A DNA stretch of 63,391 bases, the filler included, from Octopus bimaculoides (Eukaryota), in NCBI RefSeq assembly GCF_001194135.2. It is 6 parts of 6 records of this genome, joined end to end, with 100 filler letters (N's around TTAATTAATTAA, not from the genome) between each part and the next. Parts side by side here need not be neighbours in the genome. Positions count along the whole stretch, not along the records: positions 23,407 to 34,235 come from NC_068981.1; positions 34,336 to 54,488 come from NC_068986.1; 4 more parts are not named here. One strand, written 5' to 3'. Below, piece after piece: positions 25,775 through 38,103 of the stretch. Position 1 is the first letter of the stretch; each line of letters starts with the position of its first letter. The notes beneath the pieces are model-generated. The model made no database searches. It was not told the DNA's origin and saw only the letters and a program-made list of their open reading frames with translations. The position numbers were made by a program, and so were the translations under genes.

Positions 25775-26043
25775 TGGAGGCGTAATGGCCCAGTAGTTAG
25801 GGCAGCAGACTCGCGGTCATAGAATCGCGGTTTCGATTCCCAGACCGGGCGTTGTGAGTGTTTATTCAGCGAAAACACATAAAGCTCCACGAGGCTCCGG
25901 CAGGGGATGGTGGCGAACCCTGCTGTACTTTTCCACCACAACTTTCTCTCACTCTTAGTTTCTGTTGTGCCTGTAATTCAAAGGGTCAGCCTTATCACAC
26001 TGTGTCACGCTGAATATCCCCGAGAACTACGTTTAGGGTACAC
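25775..26043 (+). mobile_element. SINE family B copy in globin intron 2 (3' end lost in gap)
   Basis: tRNA-like head and body match 12673-12930. Confidence 0.85.
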
Positions 26044-27151
26044 NNNNNNNNNNNNNNNNNNNNNNNNNNNNNNNNNNNNNNNNNNNNNNNNNNNNNNNNN
26101 NNNNNNNNNNNNNNNNNNNNNNNNNNNNNNNNNNNNNNNNNNNNNNNNNNNNNNNNNNNNNNNNNNNNNNNNNNNNNNNNNNNNNNNNNNNNNNNNNNNN
26201 NNNNNNNNNNNNNNNNNNNNNNNNNNNNNNNNNNNNNNNNNNNNNNNNNNNNNNNNNNNNNNNNNNNNNNNNNNNNNNNNNNNNNNNNNNNNNNNNNNNN
26301 NNNNNNNNNNNNNNNNNNNNNNNNNNNNNNNNNNNNNNNNNNNNNNNNNNNNNNNNNNNNNNNNNNNNNNNNNNNNNNNNNNNNNNNNNNNNNNNNNNNN
26401 NNNNNNNNNNNNNNNNNNNNNNNNNNNNNNNNNNNNNNNNNNNNNNNNNNNNNNNNNNNNNNNNNNNNNNNNNNNNNNNNNNNNNNNNNNNNNNNNNNNN
26501 NNNNNNNNNNNNNNNNNNNNNNNNNNNNNNNNNNNNNNNNNNNNNNNNNNNNNNNNNNNNNNNNNNNNNNNNNNNNNNNNNNNNNNNNNNNNNNNNNNNN
26601 NNNNNNNNNNNNNNNNNNNNNNNNNNNNNNNNNNNNNNNNNNNNNNNNNNNNNNNNNNNNNNNNNNNNNNNNNNNNNNNNNNNNNNNNNNNNNNNNNNNN
26701 NNNNNNNNNNNNNNNNNNNNNNNNNNNNNNNNNNNNNNNNNNNNNNNNNNNNTATATATATATATGTATGTATGTATGTGTGTGTGTGTGTGCGTGCGCG
26801 CGTGTGCGTGCGCGCGTGTGCGTGTGCGTGTCTTTGTGTTTGTCCCCACAACATTTGGCAACTGGTACTGGTTTGTTTACGCCCCTATAACTTCGCGGTA
26901 CGGTAAAATAGACCGATAGAATAAGACCAGACTTTCAAAGGATTAGTACTGGGTCCGATTTTTTCGACTAAATGCTTCAAAGCGATTGCTCCAGTATGGC
27001 TGCAGTTCAATTACTGAAGCAAAAGAATAAAAAAGTATATACATATATATATGCATACATAAAAACTTACATACGTGTATACACACACACAAATATACAT
27101 ACACGCACACACATATATATGTAGATAGATAGACAGACATACGACAGACAA

Positions 27152-27230
<79 letters not shown>

Positions 27231-27567
27231 TATAGACAGACAGACAGACAGATAGATAGATAGATAGATAGATAGGTAGCTAGGTAGATAAAGCGAGCGG
27301 GCAGAATTAGTCCGACAGATTAATCGCTTAGTAGAATTTCTTCCGCCTCTTTACTTCCAAGCTGAAATCCTGCCAAGGACAATTTTACATTTCATTCTTT
27401 TGGGGTCGATAAAATAAAGTGTCAGGGTCGATGCAATAACCTTCTCCCTTTCACTAAATTTCAGGCCTTACGCCTATACGAGAATAATTATATATGTGTA
27501 TATATATTCACGTATATACACGGATACATATATACATATATACCAGTAATAACTACATTCACATAAT

Positions 27568-27598
<31 letters not shown>

Positions 27599-27600
27599 TA

Positions 27601-27646
<46 letters not shown>

Positions 27647-27941
27647 NNNNNNNNNNNNNNNNNNNNNNNNNNNNNNNNNNNNNNNNNNNNNNNNNNNNNN
27701 NNNNNNNNNNNNNNNNNNNNNNNNNNNNNNNNNNNNNNNNNNNNNNNNNNNNNNNNNNNNNNNNNNNNNNNNNNNNNNNNNNNNNNNNNNNNNNNNNNNN
27801 NNNNNNNNNNNNNNNNNNNNNNNNNNNNNNNNNNNNNNNNNNNNNNNNNNNNNNNNNNNNNNNNNNNNNNNNNNNNNNNNNNNNNNNNNNNNNNNNNNNN
27901 NNNNNNNNNNNNNNNNNNNNNNNNNNNNNNNNNNNNNNNNN

Positions 27942-27994
<53 letters not shown>

Positions 27995-29802
27995 AATGTA
28001 CACGTAAGCTCATCAGATGTGCCTTCGTGGGACGAAGATTTGAATGAACAAGTTCAGGAGTTAAATACAAAATTGTTAAAAGACACGAAAGAAATGATAG
28101 ATACAGGTGGAAAACAAAAAGTTAACAACTTTTGCGGCTGTTGCCGGCGTCAACAGGGAAGACTTGAAACAAGTTGTAGGCAAATTTAAAGGAATGCTTT
28201 AACGAGGGGGCTATGAGATCAAACTTACCCCTCCCAGCGAGGTGACGTATGATACTGCTCGAAAGAGCATCATTTTTAAGATAGTATGAATTAAGGAGAA
28301 AAAACTGGATAGAATAACCAGCGAACGGGCGGGAAAATGCCTACAACCAATCTGGCAAGATGTGTATCTTGCCAGAGGGAATCGGGCGCAACAATAGAGG
28401 TTCGATTCGCAAGTGAAGATAAGGCCAGGCAACACTCAGAGTCACCTCTGAGATTGAACGAAGTGGTACTCCCACCTAACTACTTGGGAAGGCGAACTTC
28501 CAAGGTGAAGGTAGGAGAAATTCCACCGGAGGTTGACGTTGCTTGCCTGGTGGCCGCTGTCGTTTTGGGCTTGGAGGATAAGGTGACAATCCTCCATGCC
28601 ACGAAAATTCACCAACAAAATTGGCAGGGCCTAGAAATATTATTACAGGCCTCGCAAGAATGACCTAGAATTGATTGCAGACACCATACGGGTAAGGGAG
28701 GAAACGATCCTGAGAGTAATGGTGGAGGGCAGAAAGCCAAGATGTTTTAAGTGCGGTCAAAAGGGGTATATATGACCCGAGTGCCCTCCACCAGTGAAGA
28801 ACAAAGCTCCCCCATCCGCTGCGGAAACAGTCGCACCTCCTACAGCGCCAGTGGTCAAAGACCAAGCAGGGAGGAGCAACAAAATATGAAAAGAATGGAG
28901 ATGCAAGCCTTGGACAGCGAATGGAGTACAGTATCCAGGTAGAAAAAGAAAAGATCCCACCCTTCTTCCACGGACGCTTGTTCCCAGCCCATGCCCACAG
29001 ACATTGACACCCAAACGGCTCCCACAGTCTCCAGTTTCCAACCCTCCACCTCTAACACTAATCTCCCCCTCCCCCACAGTTACAAACATACACGCAAACA
29101 CGCAGAACCCACAAATTTCCCACCCCTGCTCCTCAAAAATAGTTATATTACTGCTTACGATACAAAAAATGAAATTGGCACTTAACAAAGCGTGCAAATC
29201 TTTACTAGAGCTGATATCAGTGATATACATTTTATTTACATCGATAGTGCCAACCACAAACGTTTTAAAAAAATTATTTCCAAGGGAAGTTGGCCTTCTA
29301 AGAAAAAACTTTTCAACAGCTCTGTACAATAGACTCATCAACGTGTCCCCACAGACCACGGATGATGAGGAGGGTTAACCCTGCTCTAATAAAGGTAAGA
29401 CCGTTTTTTTTTTGGCTTTCTTAAATGTAAGATGTATAAATGTGCGCGGCCTGGGATCGATCAGATAGCAGGGTTACCTCGGTTACGATCTCAGGTCGCA
29501 TAGACTGGATGTTGGACTGAGTGGACCACAGGCTTTCTCACCCCTGCTAAACGACTACGAGAAAATTATTTCTCCGTGTCAACCGGCAGAGAGGGGTGGT
29601 GGCGTCGTGGTTCTTCTACGAAGGCTTTAAAGTTACAGGTAAGAACAAACTTTGTTGACTCGGAGGGCGGGCTAGTCGTCGTTGATGTGACGCATAGCAG
29701 TGTTAAGTCCTTCATTTTGGTGGCTGTCTACGCTCCTTGTAGAGTGGGACAGTCCGACTTTTTTCGAAGTCTTGAAAATTTTCTAGGCACGTCACACACT
29801 TT
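27995..29802 (+). mobile_element. L1/Tx1-type LINE 5' part (ORF1 zinc knuckle and start of APE endonuclease) inside globin intron 2
   Basis: RCFKCGQKG zinc-knuckle remnant at ~28740, LNVRCINVRGL at ~29420 and FILVAVYAP at ~29710. Cut by a SINE at ~29803. Confidence 0.7.
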
Positions 29803-30230
29803 AGGCGCAGGAGTGGCTGTGTGGTAAGTAGCTTGCTTACCAAAGACATGGTTCCGGGTTCATTCCCACTGCGTGGCACCTTGGGCAAGTGTTTTCTACC
29901 ATAGCCTCGGGCCGACCAAAGCCTTGTGAGTGGATTTGGTAGACGGAAACTGAAAGAAGCCTGTCGTATATATGTATATATATATGTGTGTATTTGTGTG
30001 TATATGTTTGTGTGTCTGTGTTTGTCCCCCTCGACATCGCTTGACAACCGATGGTGGTATGTTTACGTCCCCGTAACTTAGCGGTTCGGCAAAAGGGACG
30101 GATACAATAAGTACTAGGCTTCCAAAGAATAAGTCCTGGGGTCGATTTGCTCGACTAAAGGCGGTGCTCCAGCATGGCCGCAGTCAAATGACTGAAATAA
30201 GTAAAAGAAAAAGAAAAAGAAAAAAAAAGA
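29803..30230 (+). mobile_element. tRNA-derived SINE, family A, complete copy with internal (TA/TG)n and A-rich tail
   Basis: Head ggcgcaggagtggctgtgtggtaag..ccgggttca, core gcaccttgggcaagtg..gacggaaactgaaagaagc, tail ggcggtgctccagcatggccgcagtcaaatgactgaaa. Partial copies at ~4850-5170, 11705-11760, 38386-38545 (minus), 61276-61450, 61566-61722 and 62385-62530 (minus). Confidence 0.9.
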
Positions 30231-30450
30231 AATACACACATAGAAGAAAAAAATGGGATTAAAAAATCCTGGCAGATATCAAGTCAACACTCAGTATAGA
30301 GGAATAAAGTTAAATTTCCAACAAGTAAATATATATATGCATATGCTAATGCAATTGAAACAATTGTTGGATCTTTAAGGTGTGATCTAAAATAAATATA
30401 TGATTTTCTTCGTACCTGTTATTGATTGTTACACACACACACACACACAC

Positions 30451-30483
<33 letters not shown>

Positions 30484-30845
30484 GAGAGTGTGAGACAGAG
30501 ATAGATAGATAGATAAAGAGAGAAAGAAAGCACGATTTATTTATACTAACATGCATATATTGAATGTAATATATTTCTAATTTCGGGACAAGGTCAGCAA
30601 TTTAGAGGAGGATCGGGAATTCGAGTAAATCGACCCGAGTACTCAACTAGTGCTCATTTGCTCGACCCCGAAAAGATGAAAGACCAAAGTCGACTTCAGC
30701 GGCATTTGAAAACAGAACGTAAAGAGTCGGATGAAATGCCACTAAACATTTTGTCTTGTGCGGTAACGATTCTGCCAGCGCTCGCTACCTTCATTGAACG
30801 TAATATAGAAAATAAAAGAAAAAAAGAAAAAAATGTTTCACGTAC

Positions 30846-31071
30846 ATGGAACGGCTGTTTCGGAACCCCTCTCATTTTGTGGTCTTTGCCTGTTTTGAGC
30901 AGCAACTTCACTAGATAATCAGCATTATCAAGATTGTTGACAACGGCAGTCAAAGCTGTGAACACACTTTTTGCATGCAAAACAAAACTGCTCATTTCTT
31001 TCAATTCAGCCAATTGTTTGCCTTTGAACTTAGGGAAATAGTCAATGTATTCAGGGTATGTTGTGAACAAC
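30846..31071 (-). CDS. Globin coding exon 2 (B12 to G6; internal exon)
   Basis: Acceptor ttgttgcag|G (AG at 31073-31072) and donor CAT|GTACGT (GT at 30845-30844). The 226 nt equal 1 nt plus 75 codons: (R)LFTTYPEYIDYFPKFKGKQLAELKEMSSFVLHAKSVFTALTAVVNNLDNADYLVKLLLKTGKDHKMRGVPKQPFH. It has Pro C2, Phe CD1, distal His E7 (LHA), proximal His F8 (DHK) and Phe G5. Phase 2 start and phase 0 end match the B12.2 and G7.0 globin introns. Confidence 0.95.
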
Positions 31072-31575
31072 CTGCAACAATAAATTAATGAATTATTAGG
31101 TTTAGAACGGAGATGGTAAGAACAAAACTTTAGAGATGTCATAATTAAATAATATAAACCTTTAAAGTAAGTTGAGTTAACTTTCTTGTCCTAAATACTC
31201 TCAACAAAAGTTAAAGATTATTCAAGCACCGGAAAACTCGTACTTCAGTTCTGTACCAAAGTGGACACTGAAAAAGACAATCCACCGAATGGAACGGGAA
31301 GAGAATTATGTAAATTTTAAATAACTTTCTAGGTCATTATTGTCGTTTAACTCCAACCCTGCTATAATAGTGTAGGTATATGATGAGATGTTTTTCAGTA
31401 AAGACGATCCCATCCTTTTTTGCAAATATGTCTAATGCATCTGGGACTTCATTATCAAAACAGTTGACCTTCCTCATTCTTAAGTCTGCTCTCATTGTTG
31501 GTTTAGATTATACGGGGTACACGATAAAATACATCAAGCATGAAGAGATTAAAGGATGAGTTGTTTCGAATTAGA

Positions 31576-31630
<55 letters not shown>

Positions 31631-31693
31631 NNNNNNNNNNNNNNNNNNNNNNNNNNNNNNNNNNNNNNNNGTGCGTGTGTGATTGTGTGTGTG

Positions 31694-31728
<35 letters not shown>

Positions 31729-32449
31729 GTGTAAGATTATGAGAAGAATATGGATTAAATTTTGTTTAATATATATGGAACAACAGATATGGACATATTT
31801 TTAAATCGGTAGTGTTTCTGAGGGGGTTGAAAAAGGGCAAGTAAGAAGGTTCTACAAATTTGATATTTGTAAAATAAGGGATATTTTTCGGTTGTTTGAT
31901 GTATAAAGGCTTTTGTTTCTCTCATTTCATTGTAGTCTTATGTGTGATAAAAGCCACTTAGTTGAGCAATGTTTTTCTCAGTACTTCTGCCGTGTGACTG
32001 TGGGTAAATTACTTGCAATTTATGGCTTATGGGATTCCGTTGTATGAGGAATATGAAAGGACATGCATAGGGAAATAGTTCCGCTTACTTTCTTACCTCA
32101 TATCTGCATAAACTCAAGTCTATACAGAAACGAACACTCTAAAATAAAACATACGCAGGTCTGTAAAGAACGTGTGTACACACGAACACACATATGCATA
32201 GATGTAATCATCACACATTAAAAGTAAGATATATATCTGCAAATACAATTAGATGGACATCTACATGCATTTTTACATTTAGGCACATATGCTTGCTTAT
32301 TTATTTATGGTTGCACACACAAATCCGATAATATCCATACATTTCTACATAAATGCAGACAGCCATATTTGTTCCATGCATACACATGTAAACACAGATG
32401 CACATGATATCACGTAGAAACTGATTCATAGTCACAGAAATACTCGCTG

Positions 32450-32638
32450 TACATACATACAAACATACATACATACATTCATACATACATGCATACATAC
32501 ATACACACATACATACATATATACATACATACATACATACATACATACGGATATACAAACACCAATATGTCTATCTATCTACCTGTATATGCATACACAC
32601 ACACGCTTATACATACATACATACATACATACATACAT

Positions 32639-32671
<33 letters not shown>

Positions 32672-32700
32672 TACATACATACATATACATCCATGTACAC
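32450..32700. repeat. (ATAC)n/(AC)n compound microsatellite, representative of dozens in the window
   Basis: Direct reading. Other tracts include (GATA)n at 21230-21285 and 27120-27275, (AT)n at 24004-24070 and (ATT)n at 33930-34000. Confidence 0.95.
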
Positions 32701-33930
32701 AGACATACACACTGACACACACTCAGACACACACACGCACACCTATGTTTTGCAGAAACCTATCTTTATATATTCAGAGACACAAATTCCTATGTACATA
32801 CTCAAACTCTCACACGCTTCCCCCAGAACATTGTAGCCATCACATTTACGCATGTATTCTGTCGAGATTCATTCAAACACCCTTTTATGCATGACACCAC
32901 ATGAAACATGCAACACGTACGCACATACACCCATCCAGCGCATGCACACGCCCATAGATTCAGCTCCCATGCTCACACATAAGCACACACAGACACATAT
33001 ACAGACGCAAATACAGCCTTGCAATAGCATATCTACATACAAAGCTATGTATACAGTGCTTGTTTTTTTGCCACACACATACGAAGAAAATATACTACGC
33101 ACGTTCACATATAAATGAAAGCACACACACGCGCGCGCGCGTGCAGACACACACACACACACGCACACACACACCCACCCCCGCGTATATACCCACTGAA
33201 GCGTACAAGATTCTTCTTGCGTAAATTCTTCACCTTAGCCGTTAAAAACAATCCCCAAAAGTGTATAACAAAATATGTCCTGCATTTGTAAAAAGCAATC
33301 TCGCTCTTACAATCCACATCACAGAAATTCCATAAAGATAGTTTCCATTCTTGTATTTTAGTATTGTAGTCATCTATTTTACTTCTATCAGTTCGTTTAG
33401 CCTCAAGCTGTAACTAAACTATTTTCATGATAACGAAAAATTCGGACAGATTGAGGTACACCATTTTGTTTTCTGTGTTACAATTTTTTAAAAAATTGCA
33501 TCAATCATTTACAATTGCCTCAAGGAGTTTCTTTGTTAGTTGTTTTGTTGCTTTTATGCTTTTGTTGTTGGTTGCCTGCATGACTATGTGTATGCCTATG
33601 TGTCATTGTATGTTTATGCGTATGTGCACGTGTTAGATTGTGTATGTGTAAAAGAGTGTGCAGTTGCATACATGCTTGTATAAATATATGCGTACATGTT
33701 GTTAATCTATCGATATTCGTATGAGTGAATTTGTATGGATAGCTTTATAAGTTTGTTTCTAGGAAAATGTTAGTGTATTTTTGTATTAGTGAATTAGCCT
33801 GTCAGTATACTCGTGTGTACACGGGAGCGCTGCAGTGAACCCAATATGCAGAAAATAGCAAACTTTATTAATGTTAAAATACTTGTAGCTTTTAATAGCG
33901 AGAGCAACAACAATAATAGCAATGGTTCTC

Positions 33931-34003
<73 letters not shown>

Positions 34004-34335
34004 GTTGTTCAGTAGTTTTATTTTTATAACGTGCTTTCACTTCACTACCGAGCGCAGCTCTGTGCGCCTTGGGTATGTGCTGTGGTTTGCTGTGGTGCTC
34101 TTATGTTTACTGTATTGAAAGTGTTTTGCGTAGAATGTGTGCAATACCCAGTAGTGCAATTTTCTGTATGTTATATATATTTGTAAGTCCTGGTGTTTTT
34201 GTTATGTATTTGTCTGAATATTTTTTTATTATACCNNNNNNNNNNNNNNNNNNNNNNNNNNNNNNNNNNNNNNNNNNNNTTAATTAATTAANNNNNNNNN
34301 NNNNNNNNNNNNNNNNNNNNNNNNNNNNNNNNNNN

Positions 34336-34625
34336 ACCTAGCTCAGATACCAGGAAGCCCCAAAATGGCTGAAGTTCAAAAGATAGTGCTCATGGGAACT
34401 GCCCATATCCTACGTAAAATACTGTCTATGTGATCTCAAATTTTAAAGCAAACACATAATTTTCTTATGGTTTCTTAAACATTCACTTGAACAAAACTGT
34501 ACAAATCCAAATATATGGTACCCTAGGCATAACACCTACATGAACTTCTAACTTGTTGTCTCTTGAGGTCTCTGGGTGAGACTTGGATCCAACTTGTACA
34601 AATGCAAAACAAAAGTCAAACATAA

Positions 34626-34657
<32 letters not shown>

Positions 34658-35095
34658 TAATAATAATAAAATGTAACGATTCTTTGGGACTTTCCAGTGT
34701 GTACAGACTGGACCATCAAAGTAATGTAACGATTCTTTGGGACTTTCCAGTTTGTACAGGCTTGACCATCAAAGCAAATAAACCAGATATTGTTGTGAAA
34801 GACTAAAACAATTAAAGTGTGTTTATTGATTGACATGAGCATACTCTGTGACCATGATATTTCGGTAAAAGAATTTGATAAGCTCAGAAAATATTAAAGA
34901 TTTGGTAATCTAAATCGAAAGATGTGGCATCTCAAGTCGGTTTTTATCAGTGATTGTTGGAGCACTTGGAATGATCAAAAAAAGAGCTGAAAATTATTTA
35001 AGAATGATCGCTGGCTCACCATCCATGCAGGAAGTGCAAAAGATTGTCTTAATTGGTACGTTACACGTACTGAGAAGAGCATTGTCGCTGTGAAT
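34336..35095 (+). mobile_element. Two 3'-end fragments of R4-type LINEs
   Basis: Translations VQKIVLMGTAHILRK and TILWDFPV..TIKANKPDIVVKD..LIDMS..VIVGALG..VQKIVL. Confidence 0.7.
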
Positions 35096-35316
35096 TTTCT
35101 TTCCCTTTTCCTCTTTATTTTCTTTGTTTACGTTTTAAATTTTTGTTTTTCCTTCTCTCTCTCTGTCTTTCTTTCCCCTTTCCGCTATCACATGACTTTG
35201 TAAATGAACAATCTGGTGTGTTTATTTTAATGGTCTACCAATGTATACAGTGTCCTAGGTGTCAAGAAGACACTCGGCAAGAAATGGAAACAGAATTGAA
35301 AGAAGATGATAATGGA

Positions 35317-35365
<49 letters not shown>

Positions 35366-35899
35366 GCTGTCATGGCTTCTGATCTTAACAGATTGGAAGT
35401 TTTATCATGTTTTGTCTTGATATAAAAGATGGGCAAATATTCTGCTCAATACCACAAATTTTCTTGTCAGATGTTTGATCTTAACCAGTTGAGCATGTCC
35501 CTTAGTGGCTGACGATATGTGCATCTCTGATCACAAGCAGGAGCAGTTGGGGAGCATCATAGCCATATGCTGAGAGGAAGTCTTTGGGGTTTGAATAATT
35601 CACCTCTGGAAACATGGGTGTTTCGTTCAACATCCTTAAACAACCCTTATTCAGAGACCTTTTAAGCGGAATGGGTCAATCGACCTGAAGAAAATTCTAA
35701 CTGGTCCCCACCTACAAGGTCATGTGCTGTTTATTTTGATATAACATTCCTATGTCACGCACATATGGTTGTAATACATGTACCTAGTGTACCCTTATCA
35801 GACGGGTAGTCATGATGGGTATACTGGGCTTCGTATATTTGTACCCCAGTGTCACTTTGATGGCGTGCACTGCTCTCTGACTTAATAATAATAATCGCT

Positions 35900-36670
35900 C
35901 TGCCTCCTCCAGCTTGTGGAGGATAGTGAGCCCCTGACGACATTCTAGGTGCTAGGCGTCCAGTCTCGGTCTGTCCTTCACCTAGGACTGAAGCTCCGCC
36001 AAAGAGACGAGCTGCGGAAAGATGTGTCTCACAATCGGAGCCGACACATTCACCGTTTAGAAACCATTGTAGGTGGAGCAGACTGAGTGCGTGTCTGCGC
36101 ATCAAAAGCCATGGCATACCGAAGCCGTCACGCAGATCGATCGCCTGGCTATTGGAACGCATATCTTCCACAAGGGACTCTCCAAACCTAATGAAGCTGT
36201 AACAAGAGCAAGGCATGACGGTCAGGTCATAAATCTTGACGGAGGCGATGTAGGCATTCGCCACCTCTGCTCGACCTTTCAGGAACAGCTTCCTCTCTAT
36301 TCATTTCTGGCTAAGACTGACCACTCTGTCACTTCGTCCAAATTTTTATCTACCTGGGTGTCAGGATCGAACCAGATCCCGAGCAGTTTAACTGGTCCGT
36401 CAGTCCAGCGTCCGACGTCACCATCCGACGGCATCGATCTGCCTCTCCAGGTACCCCAGTCGCAAGCCCACCAACTTGTCGGCGTTGTTTAGTCCCATCC
36501 CTCTCTACGCTGTATTGCATAAGGTGGATTTTGTCAGGGAGAGACCTGTTCAGGATTGCGCACGCTTATGCCTCCCCGACCAGACTACCGACGACAAGCA
36601 CCAAACTTTTCGCTAATAGATTGGCCAAAATCTTAAACTCTGTGTTTAAACAGGGTTATGGGCCAAAAAT
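35900..36670 (-). mobile_element. L1/Tx1-type ORF2 fragment
   Basis: Translations GFGMPWLLMRRHALSLLHLQWFL and the reverse complement of GPVKLLGIWFDPDTQVDK. Confidence 0.65.
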
Positions 36671-36689
36671 TCCCATTATTGGCGTCCTT

Positions 36690-38103
36690 TCTCAGCCAGC
36701 GTTACCACATTCCGGAAACGTAGACTGTAGAAAACGTGGTGTCTCAGGAAGTAAATAAATTTCTAAAGGTAAAATTATTTGTAACGTTGTATTTCGCGGT
36801 AAAACAATAAAAGTGAAAGCATATGTATTAAAAAATACAAGCAACTTTTTTTGGAACTGACTGGATGGAACTGTTCGACTTACGGGATTTACCCTTAAAT
36901 TTTGTAAAAATGTAGTGGGTTCGTGCTCTAATTCAAACACAGAGACAGAAAAATTTTAAAAAACAAGTGAAAAAGTTGTTCCCTAATGTTTTTTTAGACG
37001 AGTTGGGTCGGTGCAATAAATTTAGAGCCAAATTTCAGGTAAAAGAAAATTCATTACCAGTTTTCAAACCCAAACGCAATGTACCGTTTGCTACACTGGA
37101 GCAATTGAATAAAGAATTAGACAGACTGAAAAAGACGGGAGTGATTGAAAAGATCGACTGCTCACATTAGGCATCTCCAATAGTGTATGTTAAAAAGAAG
37201 AACATTAAAATTCGTGTATGTGCAGATTTCTCGACGAGACTAAACAAAGGCCTATAACTCTGTTTAAACACAGAGTTTAAGATTTTGGCCAATTTATTAG
37301 CGAAAAGCTTGGTGCTTGTCATCAGTAGTCTGGTCGGAGAGGGGTAAACGTGCGCAATCCCGAACAGGTCTATCCACAAAATCCACCTTATGCGATGCAG
37401 CGTAGAGAGGGATGGGACTAAGTTGGTGGGCTTGCGACTGGGCACCTGGAGAAGCAGATCGATGCCGTCGGATGGTGTCGTCGGATGGTGTCGTCGGACG
37501 CTGGACTGATGGACCAGTTAAACTGCTCGGGGTCTGGTTCGATCCCGACACCCAGGTAGATAAAAAATTGGACAAAGTGACAAACAGAGTGGTCAGTCTT
37601 ACTTTGCCCAGAGGAAATCTTCTCGAAACTAAATAGTGGTAAATTGTTCTCGAAATTAGATCTTTCTGATGCTTACTTACAAATACAAGTGAAAGACAAA
37701 TGTACCAAACTTCTAACAATTAATAAACATTAAGGTCTGTACAAATTTCACCAGCTTCCGTTTTGGCATAAAAGTTGCTCCGGCTATATTCCAACCAGCG
37801 ATGCTTGCAGAGTGTGACTTCTCAATGGCCTACCTGGATGATACATTACTTAAAAGTGAATCCCGTGATCAGCATGTCGAACATGTAAAATGTGTTTTTG
37901 AAAAAATAAGAGATTACGGTGTGGAGAAATGTGAATTTTTCTTACCAGGACAAATCATTGATAAAAATTTTCGTCGACTAAGTGCTTTCTGTGTGAACAT
38001 ATTAATTCTGTGAAAGATAATGTTAGATAACCATGACTAAATATTTATTTGGATAATACTATTCTACACTCGACGTGCACAACTCATGTCATAACAGTTT
38101 GAG
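36690..38103 (+). mobile_element. Gypsy-type LTR-retrotransposon protease/RT fragment with a Tx1 piece inserted at ~37250-37610
   Basis: Translations VLKNTSN..GTDWMELFD, PVFKPKRNVPFA..ELDRLKKTGVIEK, SPIVYVKK..RVCADFST, FSKLDLSDAYLQ and AYLDDTLL. Confidence 0.8.

Noticed and set aside
33170-33410. Open minus-strand frame with Trp residues as a candidate globin exon 1
   Set aside because: No A/B-helix pattern and no well-placed strong phase-2 donor. The candidates at ~38865 and ~56030 failed for the same reasons.
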